This document shows positions 20,601-28,303 of a stretch of DNA of 64,000 nt, piece after piece. The notes beneath the pieces were generated by a model that saw only the letters and a program-made list of their open reading frames with translations, ran no database searches and was not told the origin of the DNA. The stretch is from an uncultured Pseudomonadota bacterium (lineage in GTDB: Bacteria > Myxococcota_A > UBA796 > SXON01). Every line of letters starts with the position of its first letter. Position 1 is the stretch's first letter. The stretch is from positions 2,491 to 66,490 of the forward strand of contig CAIMSU010000103.1 of assembly GCA_903844155.1 (NCBI GenBank), written 5' to 3'. The position numbers and the translations under genes were made by a program.

Positions 20601-21077
20601 GTGAGTCAAGCATCGGATCGAGCGGCGGCTCGCTATCAGCAGCCCGCGCTCAAGGAGGCGCTCACCTGCGAGCACCTGGAAGCGTGTTTTCGGGACGAGG
20701 CATCGGCGGCGACTGAGTGCGCCTACTTCGCCCGCATCGCCGAGATCGAGGGCGAGCCGGAGATGGCGCGCGCGCTGCGGGAGTTTGGCGAACAGCACGC
20801 CTGCAACGCAAAAGGCAGCCTGGACCTGTTGATGCGGGCGCGTGAACCGCTGACGGGACGGACGATGGGCAGCACGGTCGAGAACGTCGCCGCGATGCGG
20901 TCGTTCTACGCGGGCGACACGGAGACAGAGGACCGGCGGGCGAGGACGGCCAGGAACGAGGGGTTTTCCGACATTGCGAGCTGGTTTGCCAGCCTCGCGC
21001 GGCTGCGTCACGCGCACGCCGAGCGCCTCGCTGCGTTGGCGCCGGCCGCCGCTGAACCGAAGCCGGAGGGGTCATGA
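20601..21077 (+). CDS. Degenerate rubrerythrin-like protein
   Basis: YFARIAEIEG.PEMA, ARTARNEGFSDIASWF; ExxH motifs altered. Confidence 0.8.
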   Translation: MSQASDRAAARYQQPALKEALTCEHLEACFRDEASAATECAYFARIAEIEGEPEMARALREFGEQHACNAKGSLDLLMRAREPLTGRTMGSTVENVAAMRSFYAGDTETEDRRARTARNEGFSDIASWFASLARLRHAHAERLAALAPAAAEPKPEGS

Positions 21078-23059
21078 CCACCCCCTACGATGCCGCCAGC
21101 ATCGTCATCCTCGAGGGCCTCGACGCCGTTCGCATGCGTCCGGCGATGTACGTCGGGTCGACGGGCGCAGCGGGCGTCATGCAGCTCGTCATCGAGGTGC
21201 TCCAGAACGCGCTCGACGAGGCGCTCGCCGGCCACGCCTCGCACATCACCGTGACCGTGGACGCCGCCGGGCGCTGGACCGTCGATGACGACGGGCGCGG
21301 CATGCCCGTCGACCAGCACAGCAGCGGGCGACCGGTCCCTGAGGTGCTCGTCAGCGAACTGCACGCCGGGGCCAAGTTCCGCGACGGCGCGTACCGTCTC
21401 CCAGGCGGTCTGCACGGCGTCGGATTGACCTGTGTGAACGCCCTCTCCGCGGAGTTCGCGCTGGAGGTCCGGCGCGACGGCGGCCGTTGGCGCGGCCACT
21501 GGGTCGCCGGCAAGCTCGCCGGGGCGTTCGGGCGCGCCGAGGGCAAGGACGCACACGCGCTCGACACCGGCACGCGCGTCACCTTCCTTCCGGACGCCGC
21601 GATCTTTGGCGGTGAACGGGCGGATCCGCAGGCCGTCGAGCGGTGGCTGCGGTCACAGAGCTGGCTGACGTCCGGGCTCACGTGCACGCTTACCGTCGCC
21701 GGCGTTGGGGCGGACGCGGCCCGATCGGTGCGGTTTTCTTCCGACGAAGGCGTCGCGGGCTTCGCGCGGTGGCTCGCCGGGCATCAGGAATTCGTCCATC
21801 CAACGCCCATCGTCGTGCACGCATCGGCGGGTGAGGGCCCGGAGGTCGACGCCGCGCTGCTCTGGACCCGCGCGTTCGCCGAAGACCTCGTCTGCTTCGT
21901 CAACCACGTCCACACGCCCCTGGGCGGTGCCCACGCGGACGGGTTCCGGGCCGCGGTCGGGCACGCGCTGACCCGTTACGCGCGCGATGCGCGGCTGCTC
22001 GACGCCGAGGGGGCGAAGGGCTCAGAAGCAGACCGCATCGACGGATCCGACGCGATGGAGGGGCTGGTCGCCGTCCTGTCCGTCCGCATGCACGACCCGC
22101 ATTTTGAGGGGCAGACAAAGACGCGCCTCCTCGACCCCGCTGCCGGCCGTGCCGTCGAGGATGCCGTCGGCACCGCGCTGAGCGCCTGGCTCCGCGCCCA
22201 TCCCGTCGACGCCGCTGCCATCGTCGGCCGCGCGATCGAAGCCAGCCGCGCCCGTCTCGCCAGCCGTCGCGCGAGCGAGCGCGCCCGCTACGAGCGCGTC
22301 GAGCACCTCGTCGACAAGGACATCTACCGCCAGCAATTCGGCATCCGCTCGAAGAACTGGCACACGTCGGCCGACTGGATCACCAACGCCGGCCTCCTCG
22401 GCCTCCACGGCGGCTCCTCGCAGATGCAGGAGGACGCCGTCGTCCTCGACGTGTGCTGCGGCTCCGGTGTCGTCGGCAACTCGTTCCGCGGCAAGGTCGG
22501 CAGGATCATCGGCCTCGACCTCACGCCCGAGATGGTCGCGCTCTCGCGCACGCGCCTCGACGAGGTCGTGCAGGGCGACGTCTACGAGATCCCCTTCGCG
22601 GACAACACCTTCGACGGCGTCTGCAACCGCGAGGTGCTGCACCTGCTTCCCCAGCCTGAACGCCCGGTATCAGAGATCTTTCGCGTGCTCAAGCCCGGCG
22701 GCCAGTTCGTCGTCGGCCAGTGGGTCCCGTTCTCGGCCGTCGACGGTCCGTGGATGTTCCAGGTCGTCAAGAAAAAGCAGCCGTTGTTCGTCAACAACCT
22801 GTACGACGAGGACATGCGCGCGCTCCTCGCCGGCGCCGGATTTGTCGGCCTCACAACCCAGGAATTCCTGCAGTGGGAGGACATCGACAACTGGATCGCG
22901 ACCTGGGAGACGCCCGCGCTCCACCGTCACCAGATCCGGGATTTGTACAACCACTGTCCGGCCGAGGTCCGCGCCGTCCACCCGTTTGAGATTTCGGCGA
23001 CGGGCGCCATTCGGGATTGCTGGCGGTGGGTGGTGTACTCGGCGTTCAAACCCGCGTAG
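21074..23059 (+). CDS. GyrB-like GHKL ATPase/transducer fused to a class I SAM methyltransferase
   Basis: LEGLDAVRMRPAMYVG, EVLQNALDE, DDGRGMP, GGLHGVG, FEGQTK; then VLDVCCGSG, GLDLTPEM, IPFADNTFD, RVLKPGG; no TOPRIM EGDSA motif. Confidence 0.92.
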   Translation: MTTPYDAASIVILEGLDAVRMRPAMYVGSTGAAGVMQLVIEVLQNALDEALAGHASHITVTVDAAGRWTVDDDGRGMPVDQHSSGRPVPEVLVSELHAGAKFRDGAYRLPGGLHGVGLTCVNALSAEFALEVRRDGGRWRGHWVAGKLAGAFGRAEGKDAHALDTGTRVTFLPDAAIFGGERADPQAVERWLRSQSWLTSGLTCTLTVAGVGADAARSVRFSSDEGVAGFARWLAGHQEFVHPTPIVVHASAGEGPEVDAALLWTRAFAEDLVCFVNHVHTPLGGAHADGFRAAVGHALTRYARDARLLDAEGAKGSEADRIDGSDAMEGLVAVLSVRMHDPHFEGQTKTRLLDPAAGRAVEDAVGTALSAWLRAHPVDAAAIVGRAIEASRARLASRRASERARYERVEHLVDKDIYRQQFGIRSKNWHTSADWITNAGLLGLHGGSSQMQEDAVVLDVCCGSGVVGNSFRGKVGRIIGLDLTPEMVALSRTRLDEVVQGDVYEIPFADNTFDGVCNREVLHLLPQPERPVSEIFRVLKPGGQFVVGQWVPFSAVDGPWMFQVVKKKQPLFVNNLYDEDMRALLAGAGFVGLTTQEFLQWEDIDNWIATWETPALHRHQIRDLYNHCPAEVRAVHPFEISATGAIRDCWRWVVYSAFKPA

Positions 23060-23068
23060 AATGCGGGG

Positions 23069-23518
23069 GTGAGACGAACCCGCAAACGATCTGGGCTGTT
23101 GCCGGTGGTCATCCTCGTGGCCGGCGAGGCGTTGGGGTGTGGCGGAGGCAACTTCTTTGACAGCGCGAGCGGGTGCTGCTTTCACACCTGCAACGCCTGC
23201 TCACCCGAGGGCATGCACCAATGCTCCGACACCGGCGACCACGCCGATGCCGTTTGCACCGACCCGACGGGGATGTACGCCGACAGCGCGGACACGGGCT
23301 CGCGCGAGACCGGGCACGACAGCGCGAGAGACAGCGCCGCGTCCGACTTCACCCCCGACACCGCTGTCGACACCGCCCCGCCTGATTCTGGGGGTCGGGA
23401 CTCCGGAATCGACACCGGGGTGGACACCGCCCCGCCTGACTCCGGGATTGGCGACACCGCGACCTCAGACACGGGCGCTGGCGACACCGGCGTCGACACG
23501 GCGACGTCCACGCCGTGA
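23069..23518 (+). CDS. Cys-rich exported peptide/lipoprotein with DT/DS tail
   Basis: Basic N-terminus, hydrophobic stretch, ALGC; core GCCFHTCNAC...QC...VC; VDTAPPDSG occurs twice in the tail. Confidence 0.7.
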   Translation: MRRTRKRSGLLPVVILVAGEALGCGGGNFFDSASGCCFHTCNACSPEGMHQCSDTGDHADAVCTDPTGMYADSADTGSRETGHDSARDSAASDFTPDTAVDTAPPDSGGRDSGIDTGVDTAPPDSGIGDTATSDTGAGDTGVDTATSTP

Positions 23519-24168
23519 CCCCTGCCGTCCGCTCCGCCTGGGCTGGCCGGACGGCCGCCGAGTACCGCTCAGCCGCCGTCGCCAGCGAGATGCTGCACTG
23601 GTGCATCGTGCTCGGCGTCGCCCCTGACCTCGTCGCCGAGGTGCACCGCGTGGTCGACGACGAGCTCAACCACGCCGACATGTCGCGCGCTGTGCACGAG
23701 GCAGCCGGCGGGCTGCCGACGGACGTGGTCATCGCGCGCGAGAGCTTGTCCCTGACGATCTGCCCGACGGAGACGTTGGAGCGACGGGCGTTGGCGGCGG
23801 CGTTCCAGGAGTTCGCCGTACACGAGACCGTCGCGCTGGAGTGCTTCCGCGAGATGCGCAAGCACGCGCTGGTGCCCATCGTCCGTTCGACGGTCGACCG
23901 GATCGCGAGGGATGAGGCCCGGCATCGCCGGGTTGGTTGGCGGCTCGTCGAATCCCTGTTGGCGCAGACCGGCGAGCGCAAGTGGCTGCAGACGATGGTG
24001 GCGCCGGCCGTCGACGGCGTGCTCCTCGCGTACGGGACGCGTCACGCGCCGACAGCGGAGGATCTGCGGTGGGGCCTGCTGGACCCGGACGCCTACCTGC
24101 GAGCCGTGCGACGGGCGAGAGCCGGGCCGATCGCCCGGGAACTCGCAAGTAACATACTGTATTTCTGA
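23515..24168 (+). CDS. Ferritin-like di-iron domain protein
   Basis: AEYRS, DELNH, HETVA, DEARH..GW; GTGA overlap with the upstream peptide. Confidence 0.85.
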   Translation: MTPAVRSAWAGRTAAEYRSAAVASEMLHWCIVLGVAPDLVAEVHRVVDDELNHADMSRAVHEAAGGLPTDVVIARESLSLTICPTETLERRALAAAFQEFAVHETVALECFREMRKHALVPIVRSTVDRIARDEARHRRVGWRLVESLLAQTGERKWLQTMVAPAVDGVLLAYGTRHAPTAEDLRWGLLDPDAYLRAVRRARAGPIARELASNILYF

Positions 24169-24565
24169 GCAACTCCGCCGTCGGATCGGCGGTCGGCGCC
24201 AGGCGCGGCCCGCCCCCGCCCGCGCTCGCCATCCCGACGGTCGCAGCGGTTCAACCACGCCCACCGGGACTCAAGGTGGCTGATTTGGCGCGGTCCAGGA
24301 GTCATGGTGCCGAATTTGGCGCGAACAGCTCCCGGCGGGCGGCGTGAGCGGCCCCGGAGGTCCAATTCATGCCACGCCGCGCAGACCCGGGACGGTTGAA
24401 GCACGATTTATCGCGATGACGGGCCGAAGCGACGAGGGCGCACGCCGCTTCTCGCCCCGGTTGGAGCTCGCGGGGCTGGGGCCGGCGCCAAAACGACCCC
24501 CATGAGTTCGTCCTTGCGCCATCCGACGCACCATGACCCCCGCGGCGCGCACCTCGCAGCGCACA

Positions 24566-25144
24566 TCAACCCCACCCGATCGTCCCCTCCACCCCCTCGT
24601 AGAGATCGTCCATCGAGACGGCGATGCCGAGACATGCGATCTGCACGTCCCCGCCCACGATGTCGAGCAGCGTCCAGCTCCCGTCCGCGTTGCGCGCGTA
24701 GCTGTTCACCCAGCGGCGGCGCGAGTCGATGAGCAGGACCGCCTGGACCGACGCGCGACGACGGTAGTGCTCCAGCTTTGCGCCGCGGTCGTAATTCTGG
24801 GTGCTCTCCGACAGGACCTCCACGATGACGGTCGGGTTGAGCAGGGTCGGCGGGTTGGTGGCGGCGAACTCCCGCTCGCCGCAGACGACCAGGACATCGG
24901 GGTAGGCGTAGAGGCCGGTCTCGTCAATGTGGGTGCGACAGTCGGACACGAACGGGCGACAAGGGCCGCCTTTCAACTCGGCATGAAGGGCCGCGTAGGC
25001 GTTCCCCGTGAGCACGAGGTGCGCCTCGCTCGGCCCCGCCATCGCGATGATCTCGCCGTTCACATACTCATGCTTGCCCTCGTTCGCGAGATCGAACGCG
25101 AGGTACTCCGCTTCGGTGACGAAATGCTGTGCGGGTCCGGCCAT
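24566..25144 (-). CDS. Uma2 family endonuclease
   Basis: KHEYVNGEIIAMAG, YPDVLV, PTVIVEVLSEST..YDRG.K..Y. Confidence 0.93.
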   Translation of the reverse strand: MAGPAQHFVTEAEYLAFDLANEGKHEYVNGEIIAMAGPSEAHLVLTGNAYAALHAELKGGPCRPFVSDCRTHIDETGLYAYPDVLVVCGEREFAATNPPTLLNPTVIVEVLSESTQNYDRGAKLEHYRRRASVQAVLLIDSRRRWVNSYARNADGSWTLLDIVGGDVQIACLGIAVSMDDLYEGVEGTIGWG

Positions 25145-25239
25145 GCCACAGTCTACCCCACTCCTCGCCGCTGTTGCCACCGTCCAAAGCCAAGTGTATA
25201 CCGCACGCATCACCCGCCCTCGGCGGTGACGGAGCGTGC

Positions 25240-26124
25240 ATGCCATCGTCCATCGTCAAAACTCTCTGGATCTTCGCCGGAATCCTGGCGAGCACGCCGC
25301 TCATCGTCCTCCCCCTGGCCTGCGGCTACTCGGGCACGCCCGCGGATCCCTCGACCGGCGACTGGGACGGCGACGGCTTCACCGGCGCGCAGGGCGACTG
25401 CAACAACACCGACGCGACCTTCTACCCAGGCGCCCCTGACACCGTCGGCGACGGGATCGATGAGAACTGCGACCTCACGGACGGCGTCGACGCAGACGGC
25501 GACGGCCACGCCGACATCCCCTCCGGCGGCGACGATTGTGACGACGCCGCGCGCGACACGCACCCCGGCGCGTTCGACGCCTGGTACGACGGCATCGACG
25601 AAGACTGCGCCGGCAACGACGATTACGACAAGGATGGCGACGGCGTCGACTCGTCCGACTACGGCGGCGAGGATTGCAACGACAACAACCCCGCCATCCC
25701 CGGCCCCGAGGTCTGGGACAACATCGACAACAACTGCGACGGCTTCGTCGACGAGATCACCGCCACGTTCACCTACCAGGACGACGGGAACGGCGGCAGC
25801 GTCATGGTCGTCACGCTGCAGAACAGCGATCCAGGCGGCGAGTCGATGGGGCTGGCGGAGACGAGCCAGGGCGGCGCGGGCTGGTACGGCGAGGACTGCA
25901 TGACGCGCCACGGGAGTTGCCATCTGCTTGGCGCGGCTGGCGGCGAGTACACCGTCGTCGACAACACGGCGGACGTACGGATGGGCAGCACGACCTACTT
26001 TAGCGAGGCGCGGCTGGCCGGGAGCGCGGTCGTGTTCTGGGACACCCACAACAACTGCACGGCGATCGGGTCGGGTGCCGACTACTACGCCGCAGAGGGC
26101 TGTGACATTGAAGAGGGCTGGTAG
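25240..26124 (+). CDS. Lipoprotein with MopE-type putative metal-binding repeats
   Basis: LAC; repeated DxDGDG...DCxD...PGA...DGIDExC. Confidence 0.85.
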   Translation: MPSSIVKTLWIFAGILASTPLIVLPLACGYSGTPADPSTGDWDGDGFTGAQGDCNNTDATFYPGAPDTVGDGIDENCDLTDGVDADGDGHADIPSGGDDCDDAARDTHPGAFDAWYDGIDEDCAGNDDYDKDGDGVDSSDYGGEDCNDNNPAIPGPEVWDNIDNNCDGFVDEITATFTYQDDGNGGSVMVVTLQNSDPGGESMGLAETSQGGAGWYGEDCMTRHGSCHLLGAAGGEYTVVDNTADVRMGSTTYFSEARLAGSAVVFWDTHNNCTAIGSGADYYAAEGCDIEEGW

Positions 26125-26598
26125 ATGCCTGTGAACTTCACGCTGAACGGTCGCGGGGTCTCCGTGGAGGCAACGCCCATGGCGCGCCTGCTGGACGTGC
26201 TGCGCGAAGACCTGCGTTGCACCGGCCCGAAAGAGGGTTGCGGCGAGGGTGAGTGCGGGGCGTGCACTGTTCTTGTAGACGGGCGCGCGGTGAACAGTTG
26301 CTTGATCCCCGTGATCCAGGTCGAGGGGGCGACGATCCTGACGGTCGAGGGCCTGGCGACAGACGGGCGCCTGCACCCGGTGCAGGAGGCCTTCGTCCGA
26401 TGCGGCGCGGCCCAGTGCGGCATCTGCACGCCGGGGTTCCTGGTGACTGCGCGAGCGCTGCTGGACGAAAACCCGCATCCAAGTCGGGAAGAGGCGCGCG
26501 AGGCGCTCGCCGGGAACCTGTGCCGCTGCACCGGCTACCAGAAGATCATCGACGCGGTGTGCGAGGCGATCGTGCCCGTTGGAACGGCGGGATGCTGA
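26125..26598 (+). CDS. Xanthine/CO dehydrogenase family 2Fe-2S small subunit (CoxS-like)
   Basis: GCGEGECGACTV, QCGICTPG, GNLCRCTGY. Confidence 0.95.
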   Translation: MPVNFTLNGRGVSVEATPMARLLDVLREDLRCTGPKEGCGEGECGACTVLVDGRAVNSCLIPVIQVEGATILTVEGLATDGRLHPVQEAFVRCGAAQCGICTPGFLVTARALLDENPHPSREEAREALAGNLCRCTGYQKIIDAVCEAIVPVGTAGC

Positions 26599-27428
26599 CC
26601 TGTACCGCCCCCGTCCACCAGCCGCGGTCGCTGGACGAGGCCATCGCCTGTCGCGCCATCCATCCCTTCGCCACCGTGCTCGCCGGCGGGACGGACATCA
26701 TGGTCTACCTGGAGGCGGGCAGCCTGAAACCATCCTCCCTCCTCGATCTCTGGAAGGTCGACGCGCTCCGCGGCATCACCGTCCAAGCCGACGGCGTTCG
26801 GATCGGCGCGCTGACCACGTGGACCGACATCGCCCGTGAAGCGCGGATGCCTGCAGCCCTGCGCGACTGCGCCCGTACGGTCGGCGCTTTGCAGATCCAG
26901 AACCGCGGGACCGTCGGCGGGAACATCGTCAACGCCTCGCCTGCCGGGGACTCGCTGCCGATGTGGCTGGTGCTGGACGCGGTGTTCGAGGTGCGCTCGT
27001 GGCACGGCACCCGGCGCATCCCCGCCGCCGAATTCTGGCGCGGGTACAAGCGGATGGACCTCGCGGCCGACGAACTGCTCGTCGGGGTGCACGTTCCCGC
27101 GGTTTCGGGCGACGTGCGCTACCGCAAGGTCGGCACACGGCTGGCGCAGGCGATCTCCAAGGTTGTCCTTGGTCTTCGCGTGGCGACGGTCGACGGCCTG
27201 GTCACCGAGGCCCGAGTGGCGTTCGGCTCCGTCGGCCCCACCCCAGCCCGCGCCACAGCCGTTGAGCACGCCCTCGTCGGCCGGGCGCTCTCCCCCGAGA
27301 CCGTCGACAACGCCGTTGCTGCCTTGCAGATCGCACCCCTCGACGACATCCGCTCGACCGCTGACTACCGCAACGACGTCGCCCGGCGCATCCTCCGCGC
27401 CGAGCTCCTCGCGCTCGCTCGCGGGTGA
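26592..27428 (+). CDS. Xanthine/CO dehydrogenase family FAD subunit (CoxM-like)
   Basis: LAGGTD, QIQNRGTVGGNI.NASPAGD, DDIRSTADYR. Confidence 0.93.
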   Translation: MLTCTAPVHQPRSLDEAIACRAIHPFATVLAGGTDIMVYLEAGSLKPSSLLDLWKVDALRGITVQADGVRIGALTTWTDIAREARMPAALRDCARTVGALQIQNRGTVGGNIVNASPAGDSLPMWLVLDAVFEVRSWHGTRRIPAAEFWRGYKRMDLAADELLVGVHVPAVSGDVRYRKVGTRLAQAISKVVLGLRVATVDGLVTEARVAFGSVGPTPARATAVEHALVGRALSPETVDNAVAALQIAPLDDIRSTADYRNDVARRILRAELLALARG

Positions 27429-28303
27429 GCCTGGAGCTGCGGCCCGCGGTCCTTGGCGCCGAGGGCGAGCCCGCCACCGTTCATCGCCCCGACTGGGCCG
27501 TCAACCGCGTGCTCGTCGGCGACTGCCTCTCCCAGATGGCCGGGCTCCCGGCACGCAGCGTCCACCTCGTCCTCTGCGACCTGCCCTACGGCACCACGAA
27601 CAACGCCTGGGACAGCGTCATCGACCTCGGCGCGCTCTGGCAGGCGTACGAGCGCGTGCTCGCGCCCGATGGCGTCGTCGTCCTCACCGGGCAGGGGCCG
27701 TTCACCGCGCGCCTCCTGCTCTCCCGCGAGGCGTGGTTCCGGTACAAGCTGTGCTGGGTCAAGTCCAAGGCCACGAACTTCCTCAACGCGAAAAAGCAGC
27801 CGCTACGCCGGTATGAGGACGTGCTGGTGTTCACGCCCGCGGGCGTCGGCCGGTACTTCCCGCAGATGCAGCCCGGCGCGGCCTACGACAAGGGCGTGCG
27901 AAAGGACCAGCAAACCGGCAGTTACAACGACATGCAGCCCGCGCGCGTCAAGACCGACGGCGGCCGCTACCCGACCGACGTCGTCTACTTCAAGACCGCC
28001 GAGAGCGAGGGGCCCGTCTGGCACCCGACGCAAAAGCCCGTCGCGCTGGGCCGCTACCTCGTGCGGACCTACAGTCGACCGGGCGAGGTCGTGCTCGACA
28101 ACGCCTGCGGCTCGGGGAGCTTCCTGGTCGCGGCGTTGTCGGAGGGCAGAAACTACGTGGGCATCGAGTTGAACAAGGCGACCCGGCAGTTCCGGCGGGA
28201 CGACGTGGACCTCGTCGCCGTGAGCCAGGAGCGGCTCCGGGCAACCTGGGCGGAGCTGCCGGATCGGCAACGGTCGTGGGTCATGCCAGACGGACCACGG
28301 TGA
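27425..28303 (+). CDS. Orphan N4/N6 DNA methyltransferase, beta class
   Basis: DLPY precedes HPTQKP and LDNACGSGS. Confidence 0.92.
   Translation: MSLELRPAVLGAEGEPATVHRPDWAVNRVLVGDCLSQMAGLPARSVHLVLCDLPYGTTNNAWDSVIDLGALWQAYERVLAPDGVVVLTGQGPFTARLLLSREAWFRYKLCWVKSKATNFLNAKKQPLRRYEDVLVFTPAGVGRYFPQMQPGAAYDKGVRKDQQTGSYNDMQPARVKTDGGRYPTDVVYFKTAESEGPVWHPTQKPVALGRYLVRTYSRPGEVVLDNACGSGSFLVAALSEGRNYVGIELNKATRQFRRDDVDLVAVSQERLRATWAELPDRQRSWVMPDGPR

Noticed and set aside
21074-23059. Calling this gene gyrB
   Set aside because: TOPRIM and C-terminal domains are absent and replaced by a methyltransferase
24283-24323. Direct repeat ATTTGGCGCG x2 as a sigma54 promoter
   Set aside because: No TTGC -12 element at the right spacing and no gene to drive
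24566-28303. Uma2 nuclease plus DNA methyltransferase as a restriction-modification system
   Set aside because: They are separated by unrelated genes on the other strand, and Uma2 proteins are usually solitary
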